DNA of 64,000 nt from positions 3,648,001 to 3,712,000 of the forward strand of contig CAVWLP010000002.1 in NCBI GenBank assembly GCA_963755915.1, in the 5' to 3' direction. This stretch comes from an uncultured Phycisphaerales bacterium (GTDB taxonomy: Bacteria > Planctomycetota > Phycisphaerae > Tepidisphaerales > Tepidisphaeraceae). Positions 35,266 to 45,629 of this stretch are shown here, piece by piece. Position 1 is the first letter of the stretch, and every line of letters starts with the position of its first letter. The notes under the pieces were generated by a model that was given only the letters and a program-made list of their open reading frames with translations, was not told the DNA's origin and did not search any database. Made by a program: the position numbers and the translations under genes.

Positions 35266-36258
35266 ATGCCGTGGGACTTGTGCACACCGCCCGGAAGCAA
35301 GGCCATCCTGGCCTCTGTGCTGGTCCCCGTCTTGGAGCCGGCGTCGCCCAACGCAGCGACGATTCGCAGCATCTTCTTCGTCGTTCTGCTGATTTCCCTC
35401 GCGATATTTGTAATCGTGGTCACCCTGATCGGCACGTCGCTGGTGCGTTTTCGTTCCACCGGCGGAGAGTTGCCCAAACAGGCGTTCGGAAGCCATATCG
35501 CCGAAATATTCTGGACGCTGCCCCCGATAATCATCGTTTTGAGCCTCGGCGTGGCGTCGGCGAAGCTCATCTATTCGATCAGCGTCACGCCCCTCCAACT
35601 GGCATCCCCATCAATGCCGGCTGATCTTGTCGTAGTGGGCCACCAGTGGTGGTGGGAAGTTCGCTATCCCCGGGCGGGGGCGGTCACGGCAAACGAAATT
35701 CATGTCCCGATCGGCAAAAAGCTCTGCGTGCAGGTCGACTCGGCCGACGTGATTCACTCCTTCTGGTTGCCACAGCTCGGACCCAAAATCGACATGGTGC
35801 CGGGCCAGCACAATTTTCTATGGCTCGAAGCCGATCAGGCGGGAACTTACGACGGCGCCTGCTCTGAATTCTGCGGGGACCAGCACGCATGGATGCGATT
35901 CATTGTCGTTGCCGAGCCCGAGGCCCAGTATCAGGCCTGGCTCGACCAGCAGGCCAGGCCGGCCCAAATACCCGGGGACGCGCTCGCTCTGGCCGGGAGA
36001 AGCTTTGTCGTCTCCCAGACGTGCCTGAACTGCCACGAAATCCGTGGGACCAATGGCGGGGTCGCAGCCGGTCCGGACCTCACGCATGTTGCCTCGCGCC
36101 GTCAACTGGGCGGCGGCGTGTTGGAAAACACGCCACAGACTCTGGAGCAGTGGCTATCAAACCCTCAGCAATTTAAGCCGGGGTGCTTGATGCCAAATTT
36201 CACCATGAATGAAGAAGAGCTCCGGCAAGTGACCGCATATCTGGAGACCCTGCGATGA
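35266..36258 (+). CDS. ctaC: Cytochrome c oxidase subunit II with fused cytochrome c (caa3 type)
   Basis: GHQWWW, DVIHSFW, CuA site CSEFCGDQHAWM, heme c CLNCH; CCAGGAG RBS. Confidence 0.92.
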   Translation: MPWDLCTPPGSKAILASVLVPVLEPASPNAATIRSIFFVVLLISLAIFVIVVTLIGTSLVRFRSTGGELPKQAFGSHIAEIFWTLPPIIIVLSLGVASAKLIYSISVTPLQLASPSMPADLVVVGHQWWWEVRYPRAGAVTANEIHVPIGKKLCVQVDSADVIHSFWLPQLGPKIDMVPGQHNFLWLEADQAGTYDGACSEFCGDQHAWMRFIVVAEPEAQYQAWLDQQARPAQIPGDALALAGRSFVVSQTCLNCHEIRGTNGGVAAGPDLTHVASRRQLGGGVLENTPQTLEQWLSNPQQFKPGCLMPNFTMNEEELRQVTAYLETLR

Positions 36259-38476
36259 GCATCGAATCTTTACCCCAGTCAGGGCTCCTCGACGAGGAAG
36301 ATAAGGATCGTTCACCCCTGCTCGAGTGGTTCAGCTCCGTGGACCACAAGCAGATTGGAATCCTCTACATCTGCACGGCCCTGTTTTTCCTTCTGACCGG
36401 CGGCCTCGAAGCCGTCGTGATGCGGATACAGCTCATCATACCGAACAACACCTTCGTCGGCCCTCAACTGTTCAACCAGCTTTTCACAATGCACGGCACC
36501 ACGATGGTCTTCCTCGTCGGAATGCCCCTGATCACAGGTTTTGCCAACTACCTGGTTCCGCTCATGATCGGCGCGTCAGATGTCGCATTCCCCCGACTTA
36601 ACGCCTTCGGATTCTGGCTCGTTCCCCTCGGCGGCATCCTCTTGCATTACAGCTTTCTGACCGGCTCCGCGCCCAACGCGGGGTGGTTCAGCTACGCCCC
36701 GCTCAGCGAGAAAGCCTACACGTCGCTTCAAGGCGTCGATTACTGGCTGATTGCCCTTCTTGTGCTGGGGATTGGGTCGGTCAGCTCGGCAATCAATCTG
36801 ATCGCCACAATCATTGTCTGCCGCGCCCGGGGATGAGCATCCAGCGAGTGCCGCTCTTCGTCTGGATGATGCTCATCACCTCGATCCTGATCATCCTGGC
36901 GATTCCGGCGCTGAACAGCGGTCTGGTTCTGTTGCTGATCGATCGAACCCTCGGGGCGGCGTTTTTTGAGCCCAGCCGCGGCGGAAACAGCCTGCTCTGG
37001 CAGCATTTCTTCTGGATTTTCGGGCACCCCGAGGTTTACATCCTGGCGATCCCGGCCTTCGGGATGATCTCGGAAGTCATTCCCGTCTTTGCCCGCAGGC
37101 CGATCTACGGCTACGAATTTGTGGCGGCATCCACGATTGCGATCGGAATCCTTAGCATGGGCGTTTGGGCACACCACATGTTCGTCGTGGGAATGTCCCC
37201 CATCTACAACACATTCTTCTCCATTGGGTCTCTCATGATAGCGGTTCCAACCGGCGTCAAAGTGCTCAACTGGACGGCAACTCTGTGGCGAGGATCAATC
37301 GTTTTGACGACCTCCATGTGCTTCGCTATCGCCTTCCTCATCCAATTTGTGATTGGCGGACTGACCGGCGTCATGTTCGCCGTCGCTCCCATCGACTGGC
37401 AGCTTACCCAGACCTATTTCGTCGTCGCCCATTTCCATTATGTCCTGTTCGGTGGAACCATATTCGGCCTCTTTGCCGGTGGTTTTTACTGGTTTCCAAA
37501 AATGACCGGCCGAATGCTCGACGAGCGGCTCGGGAAAATCACCTTCTGGTTGATGGTGGTTGGTTTCAACATGACGTTTTTCGTGCAGCATTTTCTGGGA
37601 ATGATGGGGATGCCGCGGCGAACCTACACCTACGGCGATCACCCCGGCTGGCAACTGCTGAACGCGATCTCCACCGTCGGCGCGTTCATCATGAGCCTGG
37701 GCGTGTTTGTCTTTCTCTGGAATGTCGTCCGAAGCCTGCGGGACGGAAAAGTGGCTGGAGACAATCCCTGGGACGCCTTCACGCTCGAATGGGCCACTAC
37801 ATCGCCGCCGAGTAAGGAAAACTTCGAGTACATTCCACCGATCAAAAGCCGCCGCCCGGTGTGGGATTTCAATCATCCCGAATTGGCCGATTGGAAGACA
37901 TCAAAAACGCCCGAAGATCACCGCGCTCCCCACAGCACCGCGAAATTGGCCGCGGGGACTTTCATTGTTTCGGAAGCGATGTTCTTTCTGCTGCTGATCG
38001 CGGCATTCATCACGTTCAATCATTTGACGGGGGCCACATCGAGGAAGGCACTCGACGTCGGACGTAGCGCCCTCTTCACCTTTTTCCTCCTGGCCAGCAG
38101 CGTAACGCTTTCGCAAGCCGAGCACGCTCTGCGAAACTCGCAAAGGCGGCAATTTCTCGGCTGGCTGGGCATCACGCTTTCGCTGGGCTTCATCTTCCTG
38201 GTGAATCAGGCGTGCGAATATGCAAGCCTGCTGCACAATGGCATCACCATCAGCAGCAGTCTTTTCGGCTCGACATTCTTTACCCTCACCGGTTTCCACG
38301 GCCTTCACGTTTTCGGCGGGCTGATCGTGCTCGCAGCCATGTTCATTCTGGGAAAAACGGATCGCCTCACCGCCCGCCAGGCTGATGTCTTCACAGCGGT
38401 CGGATACTACTGGCATTTCGTCGATCTCGTCTGGATCGTCGTATTCAGCGTCGTTTATCTAGGGGTGCTGACATGA
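36255..38476 (+). CDS. ctaD: Heme-copper oxidase A1 subunit I fused to a subunit III-like domain (frameshift near 36830)
   Basis: DHKQIG, TMHGT, FGHPEVY, WAHHM, VAHFHY; in-frame continuation into SEAMFF, FFTLTGFHGLHV, YWHFVD. Confidence 0.9.
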
Positions 38477-39279
38477 TGACAACTCTCGATCTGCTCACCC
38501 AGCTCTGGATTTGGCGATCGCCCGCGTGGTGGATCGCAATCGCAGCCGCCGGTATCTATGGCATCGCCGTCGCTCGGAATCACATTTCGATCGGGCATAT
38601 CACTATTTTCGTCGCATCGCTCCTGACGTTTTTGATCGCCATGGTCTCCCCCATTGCCGGCCTCGCGACTCGATATCTCTTCTCCGCCCACATGGCCCAG
38701 CATCTGCTGCTGCTGTTGATCGTTCCCCTTTTCGCCGTGTTGGCTTTGCCAAAATCCCGCGGCCAAAGCTCTCTGGCGCCCGCGATCCAGCGAGTTATCC
38801 CGGCCGCCTGGCTGGCAGGCGTCGGCGCCATGTGGTTCTGGCACATCCCCGCGATGTGTTCGGCATCCATGCGCAGCCCGACGATCTTTGGCCTCGAGCA
38901 AGCTTCTTTGCTGGTCGCCGGCACCGCGTTCTGGTGGCCGATTTTTTCGCCAAACATTCAGCATCGATTGCAAACGCCCCAGGCGGCGATCTATCTCTTC
39001 AGCGGCTGCCTCGGATGCACGCTCCTCGGCATTTACATCACCTTCTCGCCGATCTCGGTCTGTCCCCTCTATAACTCGCCGACAGGCTCACTCCAGATTC
39101 TGCAACTGATCCATAACCAGTGGGGAATCAATCACGAAATGGATCAACAGCTCGGCGGCCTGCTGATGTGGGTGCCGGCTTGCATGGTCTACCTCTGCGC
39201 GATCCTGGCCAGGCTTTCGTCGTGGTATCGACCCTCGGACCAGGCCCACCCTGATTCGCCGCCCCTTGTTACGGAGTAA
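38473..39279 (+). CDS. ctaG: caa3 oxidase assembly factor (CtaG family)
   Basis: LFSAHMAQHLLL, WFWHIP, DQQLGGLLMWVP. Confidence 0.85.
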   Translation: MMTTLDLLTQLWIWRSPAWWIAIAAAGIYGIAVARNHISIGHITIFVASLLTFLIAMVSPIAGLATRYLFSAHMAQHLLLLLIVPLFAVLALPKSRGQSSLAPAIQRVIPAAWLAGVGAMWFWHIPAMCSASMRSPTIFGLEQASLLVAGTAFWWPIFSPNIQHRLQTPQAAIYLFSGCLGCTLLGIYITFSPISVCPLYNSPTGSLQILQLIHNQWGINHEMDQQLGGLLMWVPACMVYLCAILARLSSWYRPSDQAHPDSPPLVTE

Positions 39280-39284
39280 AACGC

Positions 39285-39506
39285 ATGACGTCCGAATCAA
39301 ATCTGGAGAAACAGGCTGAGTCGCGAGCGCCGCATAAGCCAAAAGCGCCGCAGCCGACTTACGCCCCCTTCATGCTCGCCCTCGGTGTCACCATGGTCTT
39401 CTGGGGTCTGGCTACTTCGCCCATCATGTCCGCTGTCGGCTTCGTTGTATTGGCCTGCGCGCTCGGGACCTGGATCAGCGAAATCGCCGCCGATTGGAGA
39501 ACCTGA
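39285..39506 (+). CDS. Small two-TM protein, probable oxidase accessory subunit
   Basis: PQPTYAP followed by two hydrophobic helices and WISE; within the operon. Confidence 0.6.
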   Translation: MTSESNLEKQAESRAPHKPKAPQPTYAPFMLALGVTMVFWGLATSPIMSAVGFVVLACALGTWISEIAADWRT

Positions 39507-39508
39507 AT

Positions 39509-40045
39509 ATGGATGAGGAATCAAACAACCCTGCGAATGGATCCGAGGCCGATCCGGAAATCAATCGGCGGAAGTTTTTCTTGTCCGTCACCGCCGCCGC
39601 CGGAAGCGCCATGGCTCTTCTGATCAGTGTCCCGGTCGTTGGATTTGTGCTGGCCCCGATGGTCCTTAGTCCCAGGGAGGACTGGCGAGGTGTCGGGAGC
39701 CTGGACTCCTTCAAAATTGGAGAAACGGTGAAGGTTGATTTCACCGATCCTTCGCCACTCCCTTGGTCCGGAATCACCGCGAAGACTGCGGCATGGCTCC
39801 GACGCACGGGGGACACCGAATTTGTCGCCTTCAGCATGAATTGCCGGCATCTCGGTTGCCCGGTGCGCTGGGTTCCTGGAGCTAAACTTTTCATGTGCCC
39901 CTGCCATGGCGGCGTTTACTACGAAGACGGATCCGTCGCCGCCGGCCCGCCCCCCGAGCCGCTCGCACGCTACCAGGTTCGAGTAAACAACGGTCAGGTC
40001 GAAATCGAAACCAGCGCGATTCCGCTGACAACGTTCAAGTCGTAA
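39509..40045 (+). CDS. Rieske iron-sulfur subunit of a quinol:cytochrome c reductase
   Basis: Tat-like NRRKFF + TM; CRHLGC and CPCHG. Confidence 0.92.
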   Translation: MDEESNNPANGSEADPEINRRKFFLSVTAAAGSAMALLISVPVVGFVLAPMVLSPREDWRGVGSLDSFKIGETVKVDFTDPSPLPWSGITAKTAAWLRRTGDTEFVAFSMNCRHLGCPVRWVPGAKLFMCPCHGGVYYEDGSVAAGPPPEPLARYQVRVNNGQVEIETSAIPLTTFKS

Positions 40046-40064
40046 CTTTTGGAGGCGCCCCGAC

Positions 40065-41519
40065 GTGTTCAAATTTCTTGCCGCATCATGGCGATACATC
40101 GACGACAGAATCGGTGTATCCGAGTTGGTCGGCCCGATGATGAAGCACCTCGCCCCCCGCGACGCACGCTGGTGGTACGTCTTCGGCAGCGCCGCACTCT
40201 GCTGCTTCATCCTTCAAGTCATCACCGGAATCGGCCTGGCACTTTCCTATGTCCCGTCCGGCGGACAGGCCTTCCAAAGCCTTAAATACATCACCGATCA
40301 GGCCCCCCTTGGCAGCGTGCTCCGCGGAATGCATTTCTTCGGCGCATCCGCCATGATCCTGATCATCGGCATGCACATGGTCCAGGTCTACCTTCACGGC
40401 GCGTACAAATATCCGCGCGAGATGAACTGGATGAGCGGCGTGGTTTTGCTCCTGTTCACGCTGGCGATGGGCTTCACAGGCCAACTTTTGAGATGGGACG
40501 CCAACGGCGTCTGGTCCGCAGTTGTCGGCGCCGAGCAGGCGGCACGCGTGCCCGTCATCGGCCCATTCATCGCCCATGCGATTCTCGCCGGCGATACCAT
40601 CGGCGGCGCTACCCTTACGCGCTTCTTCGTGCTGCACGTCTTCATCTTTCCCGCTTTCCTGTTTGCCGGCGTTGGCCTCCACATGTGGCTCATTCTTCGC
40701 CACGGGATCAGCGAAATGCCCAAGCCGGGCGAACCGGTGGTTCCCGCGACCTACAAGAAAGATTACGAAGCCCGGCTGCAGAAGTCCGGCGTGCCGTTCT
40801 TCCCAAATGCGATTTGGCGCGATGCCGTCGCTTCCCTGGTGGTCGTGGTGGGGATTGTCGCCTGCGCTGTCATTTTGGGCCCCCCAACCCTGGTTACCCC
40901 TCCCGATCCGACCACTCTCAATGTGAATCCCGCGCCGGACTGGTATTTCCTCTTTTACTTTGCAATTCTGTCCATGCTGCCCGCGAACCTGGAAACCTGG
41001 GTCATCCTCGGCGGTCCGCCGGTCGTGCTCCTCATCCTGATGTTTTTCCCCTTATTCTTCAACAAGGGAGAGCGCACCCCATCCCGGCGGCCCTGGGCGA
41101 TCGCCATCGTCTTTTTCGTAGTTACGTCCATCATGATTCTGACGATTTACGGTGCGAAATCCCCCTGGTCGCCTGATTTCGCCGCGATTCCATTGGGTCA
41201 GAACATACCCGCCGTGCCCAAGTCGCACTCATTAGGCGCCCAAGTCTTTTTCGACAAGGGATGTATTTATTGCCACGAAGTGGACGGCGACGGCGGCCAT
41301 AGAGGGCCGGATCTTTCCACCGTCGGAGAACGCCTGACAGACGATGAATTGATCATCCGCATAAACAACGGCGGACACAACATGCCGGCATTTGCCGGAA
41401 GAATAACGCATGATGAACTATCGGCCCTTGTCGCCTTCCTCGCAGCGCAGGGAAGGAAACCCTCGCTACCGCCCTCGCAAACCCAAAACATTACCGCGGC
41501 AGGCAGTGTTCATGACTGA
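40065..41519 (+). CDS. Cytochrome b with fused C-terminal cytochrome c
   Basis: WYVFGS, RGMHFFGAS, YKYPREMNW, TRFFVLH, PDWY (PEWY variant), CIYCH. Confidence 0.92.
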   Translation: MFKFLAASWRYIDDRIGVSELVGPMMKHLAPRDARWWYVFGSAALCCFILQVITGIGLALSYVPSGGQAFQSLKYITDQAPLGSVLRGMHFFGASAMILIIGMHMVQVYLHGAYKYPREMNWMSGVVLLLFTLAMGFTGQLLRWDANGVWSAVVGAEQAARVPVIGPFIAHAILAGDTIGGATLTRFFVLHVFIFPAFLFAGVGLHMWLILRHGISEMPKPGEPVVPATYKKDYEARLQKSGVPFFPNAIWRDAVASLVVVVGIVACAVILGPPTLVTPPDPTTLNVNPAPDWYFLFYFAILSMLPANLETWVILGGPPVVLLILMFFPLFFNKGERTPSRRPWAIAIVFFVVTSIMILTIYGAKSPWSPDFAAIPLGQNIPAVPKSHSLGAQVFFDKGCIYCHEVDGDGGHRGPDLSTVGERLTDDELIIRINNGGHNMPAFAGRITHDELSALVAFLAAQGRKPSLPPSQTQNITAAGSVHD

Positions 41520-42169
41520 GCCACGCGAATATCGCAGCCCAATGAACCCAGCCCCGCAAAACAGGCCGGAGACCGTCCCCAACTTCTCCCCGTGTAGCCG
41601 CCGTGCTTGCACGGCGCTTTCCCGCCAACACCTCAAGGCCGCACCGAACGTCACCAGGGAAGCCATGTGCTACAGCAGCGGAACCGCCTGTGACATACGA
41701 GTCGCCGCATCCTCTCGTCACACAAACCATTACCGAAAATACTCATCCTTCTTTGTTCGATGTAAATCGGGTCGTTTCCCTGCAATAGATGTGCCCAAAC
41801 GCAAGGCATAGCCCTCGACCTTCGTCCGCTCCACCCCCAAATTATTTTTTAAAAAAATCCGCCGATTTCCTAAAATAGGTACAAAACGTACACCTTTTGG
41901 ACCTATATATAGATGCACCTTATCACCAGTCCATTTTCTCCAGCACTCTTGCCCGAATGTTCAAACTCGGCGAGGGGAAAAAAAATTCCATCGTTGAATC
42001 CCGGGCGTTTCCGGGCATTTTCGGACATGCCCTCCGCAAAACGACCCCTAAGGGGTCGCCGAAGGCGACGCAGACGCTACATCTGAAGTGAAACTGCTCT
42101 AGATCTTCTCGTCCTGGCTTTTTTCGATGATTTCGACGAACCGCTTGCATCATCGGCAGCGCCACCGCC

Positions 42170-43903
42170 TTAAACCATTCCGCGAATGTTGTCCTTGGCC
42201 AGCTCCAGAACCTGGTCCGTGCGGTGGTCCAAAACCATCCGAGTCATAGCCAACGCGAATCCTTTTGCTTCTTCGTAGGTTGCCTTCGGCGGTTTCGCCA
42301 TCGCATCCGGATCGGTGGTGATGTCCAGCAGCGCTGGTCCCGGATGTGCAAAGGCACGTTCAATTGCCGGGGCGACGTCTGCCTTCTTCTCAACCCGTTG
42401 CGCGTGGAAACCAATGGCTTTTGCGATGGCGCTGAAATCCGGATTGTGCATTTCCGTGCCCCAGAAAGGATATCCGCCGACCATCTGTTCCAGTCGAACC
42501 ATCCCCAGCGTCGAGTTGTTGAACACAATGATCTTGATGGGGAGTTTTTGGGAAACGATGGTCAGCAGATCGCCCATGAGCATGGAAAGACCGCCGTCGC
42601 CGCAGAAGGCGACGACCTGGCGCTTCGGGAAAGCCATCTGCGCGCCGATCGCGTCGGGCATCGCGTTGGCCATCGTCCCGTGATTGAACGAAAGCAATAC
42701 TCGTTGCCCGCGTTTCATCCGCAGATGTTGCGCTGCCCAGACGGTGGACATTCCGGTGTCCACGGTAACGATCGCGTCGGGCGCGCAAAGGCGGTTTACG
42801 CAATCCGCCACCTGCTCAGGACGGAGTTTGCCTTCGGATCCTCCATGCTCGACATAGGCGTTGATGTGCTCCATGGCACTCGCGTGGCTGGCGAGCACTT
42901 CATCCAGAAAGGCTCGATCTCCGCCGCGCGGTTTAATCCGCGGAATCAGCGCATCCAGCGTCTCGGCGGTGTGGCCACAAAGCCCCAGTGTTGCCGGGAC
43001 GCGCCGCCCCAAGTGCGTAGGGTCGCTGTCGACCTGGACGATTTTCGGCTTCTTTGGCATGAAATCGACGTACGGAAAATCCGTTCCGAGCATGATCAAA
43101 ACGTCGCATCGATCCAGTCCATGCTGCAAACCTCCCCAACCCAGCAGGCCGGTCATTCCGACGCAATTGGGATTCTCGGCCTCAAGCACGTCCTTTCCAC
43201 GATAGGAAAATCCGATGGGGGCATTGAGCTTTTGTGAAAGTGCCAAAACCTGATCGCGCGCCCCGGCACCCATCGCCGCCGAAAATCAAAGGACGCTTCG
43301 CTGAGTTGATGATTTGGGCCAGCTTGTCGAGGTCGCTGTCCGTCGGTCGAATCCGCGGAAGCTCGGTGCAAAACGGATGCGCCGGTATATCGACTGCCGC
43401 GGATTGCGCCAGCGTATCTCCGGGAATGCAAACCAAACCAACGCCGCGCTTGGTGATTGCAAACTGAATCGCCAGCCTGCTCATGGTCGCGGCCTGGACC
43501 GCCGTATACGCCGCTTCGCAATAGTGGCTGCAATCCCGGAAAATTCTCTCCGGATGCGTTTCCTGAAAATACTCCGTGCCGAGAAATCGCGACGGCACCT
43601 GCCCGGCGATCGCAAAAACCGACGCCCTGTTCCGATGGGAATTGTATAGCCCCTGGATCAGGTGCAGGTTCCCGGGCCGCACGATCCGGCACACGCCGCG
43701 ATTTGCCCGCTCAAAAGGGAATCGGCGCCGGCCGCGAACGCGGCGACTTCCTCGTTTCGACAATGCACCCAGCGAAGTTTTCCCTCGGTCCTGCGAATCG
43801 CGTCCACGATCGGATTGATCGAATCACCGACCACGCCATAAACGCGCTGAATGCCGGCATCGATCATCATTTCCGCGACCTGGTCTGCTGCTGTCGTTGG
43901 CAT
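42170..43903 (-). CDS. poxB: Pyruvate:quinone oxidoreductase / pyruvate oxidase (TPP enzyme; frameshifts near 43270 and 43700)
   Basis: YGVVGDSINP, RNEEVAAFAAGA, GSCGPG, YFQETHP, SFNHGTMANAMP, GDGGLSMLMGD...NN. Confidence 0.88.
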
Positions 43904-43980
43904 GAGGTCTCCTTGGGTGAACATCCTCTAAGCGGAGCATGGGGACAAACTGCTTGTCGCAACGCCCGCGGTCATACTTT

Positions 43981-44967
43981 TCAAAGCGCAAGCTGGGGGA
44001 CAAATTCGGTGGGAATGTTGGCACTGGCAACGGCCTCCCCGTCCCATCCATCTTGCGAGTCCAGTTGCTCCAGGAGGCTGTCGACCAGCTCTTCAACCTG
44101 CTCGGCGCTGGGGCGATCGCGCACGCCGAACCCCGCTGCGCGCTTCAGTTTGATCAGAGACTCGCGGGAAACATTGACTGCGCCGGGGGCGTCATCCCAA
44201 TCAATTCGCAGGTCCTTATGAAAACGAATCTGCATTTCCCGCCCCAGCACCGACAACACGATATTGCCCGACAGTTCCAGCCGAACGTCCGGATCAAGCA
44301 TCGAATCCTCCACCGCAATAATTCTCATCCCGCGTTTGCGCACCCATTCCTTTTTCAGGTTCAGCAGAAGTTCAACGATCTCCTCGCTCGAAAACCCCTG
44401 GTAAGGCGTCAGCCGCCTCGGCAGCCGAAGCAGATCACCCATCGGCATCAGATAGTCGATATTTTCACACCCATCGCTGAGCATTTGGTCCCGCTCGCGC
44501 TCGATGGCTTCGTGCCACTGTTCCGCGACGATCTCGCTGGCCCCATTTACCATCGAATTGACGAGATTCGCCACCAGCGCACCGTCCGGCAAAGCTTGAA
44601 ACGGCAGGATGGACGTCAGCGAAAGCGAATGAAGCTTGCGCCGCCGAAATTCGTCGCACTTTTCCACGATCGTTTCCGCCTCATCGAATCGCGGATCCCA
44701 GATGTTTCGCGGACGCGCTTCCAGTCGGGCGCCGTCGATCAGATAGTCCATGGGCACCCCCAGCACGCCGGCGATCCGCGGGATGAAGTGAGCGGCAATT
44801 CCTTTATCGATCCGGTTGATGAAATTGCAGAGGCTCGGCCGGTTCCATCCGATTCGCTTTGCCAGACTGCTCTGGGTCAGAGAACAGGATGGGCTGCCGA
44901 GCAGACCGCTGATTCGTTCAGCCACGCAATCGTAAAATGCAACGTCTTCGTCGGTAATGCGTCTCAT
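43981..44967 (-). CDS. XRE-type HTH protein with uncharacterised C-terminal domain
   Basis: TQSSLAKRIGWNRPSLCNFIN...IAGVLGVPMDYL; GGAGG RBS. Confidence 0.65.
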   Translation of the reverse strand: MRRITDEDVAFYDCVAERISGLLGSPSCSLTQSSLAKRIGWNRPSLCNFINRIDKGIAAHFIPRIAGVLGVPMDYLIDGARLEARPRNIWDPRFDEAETIVEKCDEFRRRKLHSLSLTSILPFQALPDGALVANLVNSMVNGASEIVAEQWHEAIERERDQMLSDGCENIDYLMPMGDLLRLPRRLTPYQGFSSEEIVELLLNLKKEWVRKRGMRIIAVEDSMLDPDVRLELSGNIVLSVLGREMQIRFHKDLRIDWDDAPGAVNVSRESLIKLKRAAGFGVRDRPSAEQVEELVDSLLEQLDSQDGWDGEAVASANIPTEFVPQLAL

Positions 44968-45012
44968 AGAACCTCCCGGTTCATTTGGAACAGGGTTTTT
45001 GAGGATTTAACG

Positions 45013-45450
45013 TCACGACTTTCGCAGTTCTCCCTCTGCCAGCACGCGAGCGCTCAGCGATTCCATCGCCGCGATCAGTGCATCGTCGATCGCCTCGTTG
45101 GCATCCAGGATCGCCGCCAGCGCGTAGTTCTCCGCTTCCGTCGCATATTGCCGAAGTTTTTCTCTCTGTCCGGTTTTCTTCCAATCCTCAACCCTCTCCT
45201 TCGCATTCGCCAGCGCACGTTTAACTTTCGAATTCACGCGTTCGCGTTCCTTCTGGAATTGGCTGCTGCGAGCCGCTGTACGAGTCCGAACCTGCTCCAA
45301 CTTCGCCTCGACGGCCCAATTGGCGTGCTGGCCGCCACTGGTAAACGCATTGCGCGCGTCCGTGATCTGACGGATCATCTCCGCCAGCCGATCGTCGATG
45401 CATCGGCCAAGCTGTTCGGGTCTCTCATTCATCGTGGCTCCCGTGGGCAT
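45013..45450 (-). CDS. Hypothetical alpha-helical / coiled-coil protein
   Basis: Ala/Glu/Arg-rich ORF co-oriented with its neighbours. Confidence 0.55.
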   Translation of the reverse strand: MPTGATMNERPEQLGRCIDDRLAEMIRQITDARNAFTSGGQHANWAVEAKLEQVRTRTAARSSQFQKERERVNSKVKRALANAKERVEDWKKTGQREKLRQYATEAENYALAAILDANEAIDDALIAAMESLSARVLAEGELRKS

Positions 45451-45476
45451 AGCTTGCAGACTCCGCGGTTCCTAAA

Positions 45477-45491
45477 ACAATTGCGGTGCCA
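45477..45491 (-). promoter_or_regulatory. Candidate sigma54 -24/-12 promoter
   Basis: Minus strand TGGCAC-CGCAA-TTGT (consensus TGGCAC-N5-TTGC, one mismatch), just downstream of a GAFTGA activator gene. Confidence 0.5.
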
Positions 45492-45629
45492 ATGACCTCT
45501 CGCCCGTCGCGGGATCGCGTAAATCACGTTTACAAAAGGAGCTAAGCTCTTATCCGGTTGAGGGAGGTACGATCTGGTGGGAAGTCCCTGCTGCCGCGAT
45601 ATGGGCATATTGCCCAAATATGGGCAGCA

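Noticed and set aside
43939-45495. 518-aa plus-strand ORF and similar long antisense ORFs (29190..30437, 55717..56853, 59516..61129)
   Set aside because: Shadow frames of well-supported opposite-strand genes in high-GC DNA.
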